From assembly GCA_951406725.2 (NCBI GenBank), contig OX597833.1, forward strand, positions 37,634,001-37,698,000: a stretch of 64,000 nt of DNA. Reading direction: 5' to 3'. The stretch comes from Octopus vulgaris (Eukaryota). The notes under the pieces were generated by a model that worked only from the letters and a program-made list of their open reading frames with translations, had not been told where the DNA came from and did no database searches. Below, one piece after another: positions 14,067 to 26,807 of this stretch (positions are counted from its first letter, which is position 1; each line of letters starts with the position of its first letter). The translations under genes were made by a program, and so were the position numbers.

Positions 14067-14420
14067 GGAGGCACAAGGGCCCAGTGGTTAGGGCAGCGGA
14101 CTCGCGGTCGTAGGATCGCGGTTTCGATTCCCAGACTGGGAAAACACCTAAAGCTTCACGAGGCTCCTGCAGGGGGTGGTGGTGAACCCTGCTGTACTCT
14201 TTCACCACAACTTTCTCTCACTCTTTCTTCCTGTTTCTGTTGTACCTGTATTTCAAAGGGCCAGCCTTGTCACACTGTGTCACGCTGAATCTCCTTGCGA
14301 ACTACGTTAAGGGTACACGTGTCTGTGGAGTGCTCAGCCACTTGCACGTTAATTCCACGAGCAAGTTGTTCCGTTGATCGTATCAGCTGGGACCCTCATC
14401 GCCGTAACCGACGGAGTGCT
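14067..14420 (+). mobile_element. tRNA-derived SINE family 3
   Basis: GGCCCAGTGGTTAGGG...GGTTTCGATTCC head. Related copies at about 39135-39430 and 4055-4260. Confidence 0.75.
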
Positions 14421-15004
14421 CCTATATATATCTTGTGATAATAAAGAGGTAATTCTTTCCTAATGACATGAGCAAGCAGATGTGTAAATGTATCCAGAGT
14501 AAAAATAAGAAGTACTTCATTGTAACCTAAGTAGTACCTCCTTGTAATCCCATTACTAGAACTGGTTCATATTCATCCTTGTCATCAAATCTTCGATAAG
14601 TGTTCCACTAAATTGCAATGCTGAAGTTACATCATCTCATTGTTACTACAATATATCTCTCTAATTTGCAGTTGTCAATTTGGAAATCAGGATTGTTGTT
14701 GTATAGCTCCAGGTGAGCCCTAAATGAGATGTGCATTTAAATAGTTTCCAGCCAACCACTTATTCTCTTTTTTAATGCCTATATTTATTCCTTTGCTGAA
14801 CCTCTAAGTTGCAAGGATGCAAACACACTCATACTAGTAGTCAAGTGGTGGTGAGAAACAAACACAGACACAAAGATATATAAACACACACACATACGTA
14901 CACATATGCACACACGCGTGCATGCACGCACGCACGCACACACAGACAGACACACACACACACACACACATACACACGCACGCACACACACACACACACA
15001 CAAA

Positions 15005-15038
<34 letters not shown>

Positions 15039-17533
15039 GAGGAATATCAATGATAATTTGGGTGATCATCAGATCTAAGGGGCAACTTTAAGCAAGTAAG
15101 CAAGGACTATATTATGCAATGTGTTTCTACCTCATTAAAATCGGGATGAGATTTGAAACAGATTTGGCAACCATTTGTAGCAGGTTAGGTGACAATATAG
15201 AACAGTGGTTCCCAACCGGGGTCCATATCCCCCTGAGGACCCATATAAGATTTTGAGGATCCACACAACAAAATAGCAAATTGGAGATCTACAATAGCAT
15301 TTTAAGGGCCCCTGAAGAAATTTTGCTTTTGATGTATATGTAGTGACTGTGCATGCAGATAAGGGGCTTCCAACAGGCCTTCCAGAAGACTACTCCCTGC
15401 ACATGCATGAATGAAAATCACAAAATGGTGTCTGGAACCAGGCGTCACTACAAGAGCTTTCTTAACATGAAACCAATGGTAGCCTTAATCCAGAAATAAA
15501 GAATCTTTATCCACCAACGTGGTGATGAGCACTCACTATCATTGTTTGATATATATGTATGCTCACACACACACATGCAGACAGAGAGGAATAGGAAACC
15601 TAAAGATTATGACAAAATATATTGAAAGAAGAAAGAAAAATTAGTACAAATACACTTTTATCAGTGATAATATTTCTTAGTATTATTTGTATTATTTAAC
15701 CCTAGAAGTAAGTATAAGACAGTAAGGTGAGGTATAGCATATAAATTATCTTACTTTACATGTTATATGTGTCAAAGAAATAATCAACAATTAAAATATA
15801 TAACTAGAATTTCCACCCATTAACACTTAAACAAATAGATATGTTAAGTCAGACATGGAATTCACTTAAAGTATTCTTTGTTGTTTAATTTAAATTGAGA
15901 TCATTGACGTCGTCATCATCACCATAATAATCATGGTTACTATGCAGGTGATAACCTATTTCTTTATTACCCACAAGGGGCTAAACACAGAGGGGACAAA
16001 CAAGGACAGACATAGGTATTAAGTCGATTACATCGACCCCAGTGCGTAACTGGTACTTATTTAATCGACCCCAAAAGGATGAAAGGCAAAGTCGACCTTG
16101 GCGGAATTTGAACTCAGAACGTAACGGTAGACGAAATACCGCTAAGCATTTCGCCCGGCGTGCTAACGTTTCTGCCAGCTCGCCGTGCTGGTGATGATTG
16201 TGCCAGCTTGGCTTGGACAAGACTTCTTGAGACAGTATTCTATGAACGATTGCTATTCTCAATGCCAACCCTTCACTTGTTTGTAAGTAAAGTATTTAAT
16301 TCCACCAGTCTTAGACGCAGGGGTGGCTGTGTGGTAAGTAGCTTGCTAACCAACCACATGGTTCCAGGTTCAGTCTCACTGTGTGGCATCTTGGGCAAGT
16401 GTCTTCTGCTATAGCCCCGGGCTGACCAATGCCTTGTGAGTGGATTTGGTAGACGGAAACTCAAAGAAGCCCGTCGTATATATGTGTATATATATATATA
16501 TGTATGTGTGTGTGTTTGTGTGTCTGTGTTTGTCCCCCTAGCATTGCTTGACAACCGATACTGGTGTGTTTACGTCCCTGTTACTTAGCGGTTCGGCAAA
16601 AGAGACCGATAGAATAAGTACTGGGCTTACAAAGAATAAGTCCCGAGGTCGATTTGCTCGACTAAAGGCGGTGCTCCAGCATGGCCGCAGTCAAATGACT
16701 GAAACAAGTAAAAGAGTAAAAGAGTCTTCACATGTTGAACCAATGAGTTGTGAAACATATTAATTAAGGGGTGAGTGAATTAACAAATGTCACTGCTACC
16801 CCGCAAGCAGTGGCAATGTGAAGCATGCATACACACATACACACACACTTACATGTCATTGCCATTGTCATCATCATCATCAGTGTCGTCATCGTCATTA
16901 TCATCTTTGTCGTCATCATCATCGTCATTGTTGTCATCATTTGGCATCTACTTTCCATGCTCGTATGGGTCAGGCAGAATTTGCTGAAGCAGATTTTCTC
17001 TGGCCAGGTGCTCTTCCTGCAACCAACTCTCACCTGTTCCTAGTAATCATGATTATTATGGTGGTGATGATGATGATGACGACAATGATCTCAATTTAAA
17101 GTAAACAACAAGGAATACTTTAAGTGAATTCTGTGTCTGACTTAACATATTTATTTGTTTAAGTGATAACAAGTGGAAATTCTATTTATATATTTTAATT
17201 GTCGATTATTTCTTTGACACATATGACATGTGAATTAAGATAATAGCTATTTATAATGCTATGCCTCACCTTACTGTCTTATACTTACGTCTAGGGTTAA
17301 ATAATACAAATAATGCTAAAAGCCAACCCTCACCTGTTTCTCTATAGCCAGACACGTTTTTCACAGAAGATAGGAAATGAACGACCTTTGCTAGTATGAT
17401 AGTGATGATGAGGCTCATTTACAACCATCATGTGATGTCTAGACAAGAGTATAGACAAATGCACATACAAACGCAAATGCAATCATATATATACATACAT
17501 ATATGCATGCATATACACAAATATGCACACACG

Positions 17534-17607
<74 letters not shown>

Positions 17608-18495
17608 ATGAACTTCTTTCAGTTCTTGCCTACCAAATCGACTAGCTTTGGTTGGTCAAGGCTTATAGTGGAAGACACTTGTTCGACATGCTGCACAATG
17701 GAACTGAACCCAAGACCACATGATTGGAAAGCAAGTTTCTTAACCATAGAGCCACAGAACCACAGGCTTTTGCACAGCTTCCAGCCACCAAATTTCACTC
17801 ACAATTAGTCGACCCAAAGTGGGATTGAACTTGAAACTGCATAGCTACAAAGCAAACGTTTTAACTATACACTATACCTGCACCTACAGCCACACTTGGG
17901 CCTATACATAATGATACTAACAGCCTAGCGTTAGAACTCAATATACATATGCCTCAGAATAAAGTGATAGGTGAGTACAGAGCATGACATGAAATTAAAG
18001 AAATTCACATTAAGGGGACAGAAATTACATAATCAGCTTCATTAGCTAAGAGTTGTTTCTGCTATAAGGTGCAGTGCACTCAGAGATAAGTGCTTGAGCA
18101 TCATCTCATAACTTCCTCAGAGTTTCTAAAATTCAAGGAAGCTATAAGGCGATGCAGAAGCACTCAGCTCTGAGTTCACAACATCTTATAGAAGAAACAG
18201 CTGTAAGGTATTGAAGATGGTTACATAATTCCTGTTATCTTGTCATTTCTTTAAATGCATATTGAAATATCTTTATCTTTTACTTGTTTCAATCATCAGA
18301 CTGTGGCCATGCTGGAGCACTGCCACGAAGAACTTTTAGTTGAACAAATCGACCTCAATACTTATTTTTTTTGCTTAGCCTGGTACTTATTTTATTGGTC
18401 TCTTTTGCCAAACCACTAAGTTAGAGGGATGTAAACACACCAACACTTGTTGACAAGCAGTAGTGGAGGACAAACAAAAACACAGGAAACACACA

Positions 18496-18935
18496 CTTGG
18501 TCTCAAGAATTTGTCTTATGAAGAAAGGCTGAAAACGCTCGACCTTTATTCTCAAGAAAAACGACGGCGCCATGGTGATCTCATTCTTGCTCACAACATC
18601 ATAAGCGGAAAGTGTAACCTCTCGAAAGAGCTGTTCTTCACTCCTGCTCCAGAGCGTCGGCTGCGAGGTCACTCCGAAAAGCTCTATCTGCGACGATTTC
18701 ATCTCAATCGAAGGAGAGGGGCTTACTCCGTCCGGGTTGCGGATCCGTGGAATAAGCTGCTGGACGAGATGGTGAAGATGCCAACGACCGCTCGGTTCAA
18801 AGTCTCCCTTGACCACAAGTGGCCTGAACTCTTTACATGAACACCACCCTGTACATAACTCCATGTCCCCTTACATGGCCTTGCTTTTTGCTTTTTGAGC
18901 CAAAAATTAACTAACTAAACTAAACTAAACTAAAC
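18496..18935 (+). mobile_element. CR1-type LINE 3' end with a (CTAA)n-type tail
   Basis: LSYEERL..L.LYS...RR.GDLI...LRGHS.KL...RV..PWNKL, followed by a 3'UTR and microsatellite tail. Confidence 0.88.
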
Positions 18936-19788
18936 AAACACACACAACGATAGGTTTCTTTTCTAGGAAAATTCTTTATATTTTTGTTTTGTTAAATTTT
19001 GATTTGATGTGTCATGCTTAATGCGTATTACAAGTTCATGTGACAATATATTATCAGTCACAAATTTGTGTAACATGACATTGTCCTATGTCTCAGATCC
19101 ATGTCACATTGATACTTCATTATTGGTTCATGTAACATTGATTTGTTGTTTGTTATGTCACAGGTCTATGTAACATCACACCATCACTATCTCTCTGGTT
19201 CATGTAACATCACTTTGTCACAATAGTTAATGTAGAGTTGACTTTTGTGGTTTAGAGTGTGTGTGTATGTGTGTGTGTGTGTATGTGTGTGTGTGTGCTT
19301 GAACAACTGTGTAAACATACATGTACAGGCATGTGAGTGAGAAAGAGAGAGGGAGGGAGGGAGAGAAAGGGACAGAGAGACAAAGGGAGAGAGAGAGAGA
19401 TTCTTCCTACTTGCACTGCTACAAATGTCAAATTGACAGATACAGACACACACACACATTCTAACATACACTCACACACATTTACTCTCTCATGCACACA
19501 CACACACACACATTCACAAACATGCACTCACACGCATACCCTCTAACACACATTTGCACATGCACTCTCTCTCCCTCTCACACACACACACACACACACA
19601 CACATTCACAAACATGCACTCACACGCATACCCTCTAACACACACTCACACACATTCACTCACACATACATGCACTCGCACATGCACTCTCTCTCCCTCT
19701 CTCTCACACACACACACATACACACACTTTTATATACAGACATACTGATAGAGATATCTGGTATGAATATATAAGAGTGTTTAGTTAC

Positions 19789-19909
19789 CTTTCTGAGGAC
19801 CAGTCCATGAGCAATGCTTTCACTGAGCATATAACCAGCCACCAAGTGAGTCACATTGCCAGCTTCTCCACAATGAGGCCGAAGGACAAATGTATTGAAA
19901 CCACGTTCT
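19789..19909 (-). CDS. AMPD2: AMP deaminase 2-like exon (ERGFNTFVLRPHCGEAG...IAHGLVLRK), catalytic H/E
   Basis: LRPHCGEAG catalytic motif. tcag acceptor, gtaact donor, 121 nt. Confidence 0.97.
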
Positions 19910-20114
19910 CTGAAACAACAACAATGGATGCAAGTATGATACATGTAATAGATGTATGCATAGGCACAAGTGTGGCTGTGTAATAATAAACCACATGGTT
20001 CTGGGTTCAGTCCCACTATGTTGCACCTTGGGCAAGTGTCTACTACTTGGGTGCACTAAAATCTTGTGAGTGAATTTGGTAGGCAGAAACTGAAAGAAGT
20101 CTGTCGTGTGTTTG

Positions 20115-20151
<37 letters not shown>

Positions 20152-20995
20152 ATGCGCGTGTGTATGTGTGTGTGTGTGTCTGTCTGTCTGTGTGTGCGTG
20201 TGCGTGCGTGCATGCACACGTGTGTGCATATGTGTACGTATGTCTGTGTGTTTATATATCTTTGTGTCTGTGTTTGTTTCTCACCACCACTTGACTACTA
20301 GTATGAGTGTGTTTGCATCCTTGCAATTTAGAGGTTCAGTAAAGGAATAAATATAGGCATTAAAAAAGAGAATAAGTCCTGAGATCAATTCATCAAACTA
20401 AAATTTCTCCAAAGTGGTGCCCCAGCATGGCTGCAGTCTAATGACTGAAACAAGAAAAAGATTTTAAAAATTGATCTATGTTAACGTAGGTTAGACAGGT
20501 CTGCAAATTCAGATGCAATGAGTAATTCAAGGTACATGCGTGGTGTTTAGGTGGAGTGTGAGAAAGTACCAGACATACCTAGGCGAAGATCAAGAAATAC
20601 ATGAAGAGAAGGGATGAAATCTGATCTCATGATGTCTGTTTTCAAATATAGTACCAGATCTCTTTCAGAAATCCAGGGATATTATGCAATATCATGCAGG
20701 TATATTGTATCCTGCAGTGAGCAAGCAGACGTTCTTTTTGGAGTTGGTTAATTTGCATATGGTTTGTTATAAGTAGTTCTGTTCTATATATATGATGGGC
20801 TTCTTTCAAATTCTGTCAACCAAATCCACTCACAAGGCTTTGGTCAGCCCAAGCTTTGGTCAGCCCAAGCTTTGATAGAAAACACTTGTCCAAGCCTTAG
20901 TGGAAGACACTTGCCCAAGGTGCCATGCAGTGGGACTGAACCTGAAACCATATGGTTGGGATACAAACTTCTTACTACAAAGCTATGTCTGTGCC

Positions 20996-21033
<38 letters not shown>

Positions 21034-21152
21034 CACAATTGAAAAATAGGATAAAATCTTTATAAGAATTTATCAAGTAGTTAGCGTGAATGGTAGTTTT
21101 GACTTTAAGAGTCCCTCTTGGCGTGAGGCATTAATGTATAGTAATGCCCTTA

Positions 21153-21214
<62 letters not shown>

Positions 21215-21322
21215 CCGATGCAGGATTGAGATTGTACAGCAACTTTATCTAATACAGTTCTATATTTAAGAGATGAGGAATTATGTACATTATTTACATC
21301 TTGTTTGTTGTTAAAACGTTTC

Positions 21323-21674
21323 GGCTGATATACCCGCCAGCCTTCTTCAGGTGTCTTGGGGAAATTTCGAACCTGGTTTCTCATTCCTAAGGTATATTTC
21401 GATGTTATTATTATCATTATTATTATTGTTATTGTTATTGTTCAGGTCACTGCTTGGAATCGAATTCGGAATCTTGGGGTTAAGAGCGTGGGCTACTAAC
21501 TCCAAGATCCCGAGTTCAATTCCAAGCAGTGACCTAAACAACAACAACAACAGCAGCAGCAACAGCAACAGCAACAACAACAACAACAATAATGTCAAAA
21601 AATGCCTTAGGAATGAGAACCCAGGTTCGAAATTTCCCCAAGGTACCTGAAGAAGGCTGGAGGGTATATCAGCC
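21323..21674. repeat. Palindromic Penelope-like repeat with a hammerhead-like terminus
   Basis: 21323-21480 is the inverted copy of about 21500-21674. The arms end in CCTGAAGAAGGCTGG...CAGCC(GAAACG). Confidence 0.8.
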
Positions 21675-22487
21675 AGGTAGGAATATCTCAAAAAGTATAT
21701 AACAGATACAGACAGATTAGTACTCAGACTGGATCAGATAGCTAAAACCCAGCATCACCATGAGAGACAGAAACCAGGAGTTGACCACAGGAAATGTAGC
21801 AACTGAGTTAATGAAAGTATTATAAAATACAAAATGGATAGACAACTGTTAATGGCACCAAGGCATTTATAAATTGGTTACACAGAAGTGAGTATAAATA
21901 TGATGGTGATGATGATGATGAAGATGACGATGATGATAATAATGATGATTACAAGACAATAATGATAATGACAATGTGGAGGAAGAGGAGCTGGTGGTGG
22001 TGGTGGTGGTGGAAATAATGGTGGTTATCTTACACTCGATCAAGGTAAATGATATGCTTTCTCTTAGAATTACACATGCAAAGACTGGAAGATGAGGAAA
22101 CATGACACACAGCTTACATAGGTCTTCAGTGAGAAGAGTTGAGAATGAGAAATCTATGTTAACAGAAAAGAGTGATTGGAAGTTACCTTATGTTAAGCAG
22201 TGAACTGTTGTTGTTGTTGTTGCTGTTGAAAAGAAAACTTAGTTTTGTTGTATTTATATTTTTACTCATCAAATTGAGAAGAGAGGGCAGTAGCCAAGGC
22301 CTTCATCAACTTCAATAGACTGAGGAGATAGGAGGGATACAGCTAACAATCAATTTGAAAATTATTAACTGGTTTGTTAAACTGGAGAATGAAAATTATG
22401 TGCGGTCACAGACTTGTCACTAAGACTTAATCTCAACTTAGTAATGCTTGTCAACAACAACAAAAACAACAACAACAACAACAACAC

Positions 22488-22530
<43 letters not shown>

Positions 22531-22569
22531 CATAATCATAATAATAATAATGATAATGATAAAGCTGAC

Positions 22570-22733
22570 CTGCGGAATTGATTGAGGACGGTCAAGTTAG
22601 CAAACATATAGTACAAATAGTAATTATATGGTGGGTTCTCATCATTGGTCCAGTTGCGTGGAAAGGGACTGTCAGCATCAAATACCACATGCTCAGATTT
22701 CGATTCATCATCCACAGAATCAAAACCTGAAAC
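22570..22733 (-). CDS. AMPD2: AMP deaminase 2-like exon ([14 protein letters not shown]...[22 protein letters not shown])
   Basis: [10 protein letters not shown] and NPPY.YY motifs. atag acceptor, gtcagc donor, 164 nt. Confidence 0.97.
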
Positions 22734-23960
22734 CTATAAAAGAAAAGTCAAGAATCATATAACAAGAAGCATCAGAGTTCAAGAAATTTTAAAAAACTTA
22801 TGAAGGATTCCTACAGACTCCATTTTGCAGAGAGAGTGGGGAGGGAGATGGAGGGGGAGCCCTTTGTTGCCAATACAGAGAACAACTCATTGGACATCCT
22901 CCCTTTTTCTTATTCTTTCATTTCAGTTATCCCATGACTTTGGTAAAGAAAATAGCTCAGCTCACAACAGGCAGCATAATACTAACAATGAAACAAAAAT
23001 GCTCTAGCATGGCCATATCCAGATGGTATGAAGCTAATTAAAGCACTAATTATCATCATCTTCTTTGTTGTTGTCATCATCATCATTGTTGTTGCTGTTA
23101 TCATTATTTTGTAAGCTAGTTTCTATGAGGTCTTCAGCATGGCAACTCACCATTTTTTCTGATCTTTGTCATCTTGAAAACTTCTCCTCATGTCTTCTTC
23201 AGGGTTTCTCTTCCACAGGTTCCTCCCACTTGGATCACTCAAAACCCCTTTACCCAACTATCATCCTTCATATGCATAACATGCCTGCACCAGTATTATT
23301 TTCTTTCCAGATGGGTGCAGCAAACAACTTGGAGTGTAGTGGTGGAAGGGGACAGCAGAAAGGCTTAAGTAGGAAGTCAGGAGGGTCCAGCAGAAGGGTA
23401 TGAAATATATAAGTTTACTTACCTTCAGTGTTTAGTTAATTTAGTTATCATAGTAGGTGGCAGAGTAGGAAGACAGTAGGAGCTAGCAAGTTGTGCTCAT
23501 AAGGCATTGTAGATGGGAGAACATTTAATAAATATGGCTGATTTTACTGGCCTTCCTCAATTCTAAATCTCTCAGCATCTCAAATTTAGGAAATCCCATA
23601 TTACAGGGTTCACACAAAGATTTCAATAATAGAAATACTATATCTTTGTTTAAACTGTAAAGTTAAGACTAAGAATATTAATTTATTTTTCCTTTGTATT
23701 TTTAAAACTATATATATATATATATATATATAATATTAGGGAATATGATTCCAAACTTACAGTGAAAAATTCAATTTAGTAAAACTAAATCAAATTTCAC
23801 AATACATGATATATGTATATAAATTAGAGAACCACCATGTAGCAATTCAACAATGATATAATTAAATCATACCATATAGAACAAAATTAAATATACGATA
23901 AAACATTTACCTAGAACTAAATAAAGTACAAAATAATAAATAAATAGTAATTAGTAAATA

Positions 23961-24042
23961 GGATACGCGTGTTTCATGGCTATATTTTGAAACTGATAAC
24001 AGTAAAATCAATTCAATTTAAATATTGTCACTCTTCAGATCC
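23961..24042 (-). ncRNA. Candidate type I hammerhead ribozyme (Penelope-associated type)
   Basis: GGAU-CUGAAGA-stem II (GUGACAAUAUUU/AAAUAUAGCCAU)-GAAAC-ACGCGU-AUCC, within an AT-rich repeat (about 23730-24520). Confidence 0.55.
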
Positions 24043-25868
24043 AAGATAAAAACAATAAAATAATTAAATTAATATACGTATATTATCTTATAAGAAAATA
24101 TAAATATATATAAAAATACGTAATTTTTCAATAAAAAATTGAACAAAATTCAATGATATATCCTAAAATAAAAACCCGAAATATCTTAACAAATATATTC
24201 TGTTAATTAAATCTTTAAACATAGGACTTATTGTTTATAATAAATTTATCGCATTAAAAACGTGGTATAAATATAACTAGAATAAATAGATATAAATGAT
24301 GAAATAGATGAAACGGAAAATAAGGCTGGAGAAGAAATGCCTGTCGCAAAGTGTGTTTCGTAAAAGATGGAAGTATATAGCAAGTATGTTGCGAGTGAAA
24401 GAACCTGTTTAATCGAGAATGTAAAAAAGGAGAAAGCAAAGTCTTCAGTGTGAGTATGTGGTTTGTGGGGTCAACCGTGTCCTCCGCTTCATTTTGTGTT
24501 AATCACTCATTCTCATTTAATTGTATATATTTTAATTGTTTCATTAACTACCTTGTTCCTAGCTGAGTTGAATGTCCAGCCCAGAAACACAATGACATAC
24601 TAGCAGTGGATTTGAACTCACAAATGAGCAGTTAGAAGTTCATAACTTATCTATTCAGTCATTTTTTCATCTCTACTAATATTCTTTCTGCACAGCCTGA
24701 AATTTTGAAGGAATGGGCTAATCAGTTACATTGACCCCAGTGCTGAATGGTAATTATTATATTGACCCTAACAGGATGAAAGACAAAGTTGACCTTGGTG
24801 AAATCTGAACTCAGAATGTAATATCTCTACTAATATTATTATTGCGTCATGTTTGATAAAATTGTATAATCAGAAGAGTATTAAATTGCATACTTTGCAC
24901 TAGGTAGTCATATTACATTTTATTCTAAGCTCAAATCACAAAGTCAACTTTGTCTTTCATCTGTCTGGCTATCAATAAAATAAAATACTAGTCATAAAAT
25001 AAAATACTGGTGTCATTTTCATTATTTTTTCTCACCATGGAAAACGAGTGGCTTTGTGATAATATTTAGATATCTGTAAGATAGACCAACAAAGAAAATT
25101 CCTAAACCTGCAAAGAATAGCAGCTAAATATTCCTGAAATGATACCCTTCTTTCTAAAAAAAAAAAAAAGAATACACTGAACAATATAGTCATTTATATA
25201 AAAAAAAAACAGGATGATCACAACAAAAAGATCTTTAGTCATAGGTACACTTAGTCAAAATTGACCTGGGGCTAAACAACAACATCACAACATGAGATGT
25301 CGCTGATCTTTGTTTAGATTTCTGCAAAGTATTGACAATAAAAACTTTATTGCAGAAAGAACAGAATGGTCACAGGATGTTGGTCTGAATACTTACAGTG
25401 AGGGATAGCTATTGCAGCCAGAATACATAGATGCAGGGAAGAAGACAACCATTGGTGGCTAGAATATATTCTCTTTTACTCTCTTTTATTTGTTTCAGTC
25501 ATTTGACTGCAGCCATGCTGGAGCACCGCCTATAATCGAGCAACTCGACCCCGGGACTTATTCTTTGTAAGACTTATTCTATCGGTCTCTTTTGCCAAAC
25601 TGCTAAGTGACGGGGACATAAACACACCAGCATTGGTTGTCAAGCAATGCTAGGGGACAAACACAGACACACAAACATACATGCACATACATATATATAC
25701 ATATATACGACGGGCTTCTTTCAGTTTCCGTCTACCAAATCCACTCACAAGGCTTTGGTCAGCCCGAGGCTATAGTAGAAGACACTTGCCCAAGGTGCCA
25801 CGCAGTGAGACTGAACCCGGAACCATGTGGTTGGTAAACAAGCTACTTACCACACAACCACTCCTGCG

Positions 25869-25903
<35 letters not shown>

Positions 25904-25927
25904 TTATATGTGTGTGTGTGTGTGTGT

Positions 25928-26807
25928 GTGGTGTGATCAATAATTATCCGGACTGATGTTATAGTAGCAAAGCTAAAACACAGAGAGTGGAGCTGCTTAG
26001 CACAGATTGACATTGAACTCTGCTATGCATGTGCACAAAGCTTTAATGTTCTAGCTCACTTCTGCTGCAAACAGCAGCAATTGGAAGAAAGGTGTGTAGC
26101 ATGTCATCATCATATTGACCATGACAGAGAAAGTTGAGCTGAGAACATGCATCAAATTTTGCCAGAAGCTTGATGATATGCAAAGTTTTCGAAAGTTTTT
26201 CATCATTCTTGACACAATCAAGGAGCTCTTGTGCAACTGAAACTCTAGTGTCTTTTTGGTCAGCTGAAAGCAGTTTTGACACAAACTTGGCAGACACGTG
26301 TCTCATACCAAAATCTTCAGTGATAATGGACTGAACTGAGCCATAACTAATCTGCACATCCTCTGTTAACTCACAGATGGTGATTCAACGATTTCCCTCA
26401 CAGTTTCATGTACATTTTCAATGTTTTTCTCAGTTCTGCTGGCTGCAGGTCTCCCAGAACATTCGTCACTATTGGTATTTTTCTCAACCATCTTGGAAAC
26501 ACCTGAACCCCTCAAACACTTGTGTGTAGCTCATACACTCCTCTCCATACACTTTCTGCAACTTTTTGTAGGCCTCTGAGCAGGTATCGCCATGACAACC
26601 TTCTCTGTCACGGTCAATGTGACAATCACATGCTACACACCTTCCTTCCAAGCACTGCTGTAAACAGCAGAAGTGAACTAGAATGTTAAAACTTAATACA
26701 CAAGCACAGCAGAGTTCAGGGTCAATCTGTGCCAAGCAGCTTCACTCTGCATGCTTTAACTTCATTACTATGGCAACTGTCCGGATACATATTGATCAGA
26801 CCTCATA
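25928..26807 (-). mobile_element. Mariner-derived fold-back element with two left ends and a partial transposase N-terminus
   Basis: TIR-like TGATCAAT..TATCCGGAC at both ends with ~180-240-bp inverted arms. ORFs 26484-26735 and 26043-26357 encode mariner HTH-like pieces (YGEECMS..QVF; GSVQSII...M..VSAKFV.KLL). Confidence 0.85.

Noticed and set aside
14067-14140. tRNA-like sequence
   Set aside because: It is a SINE head continuing into a SINE body; no convincing full cloverleaf or acceptor stem.
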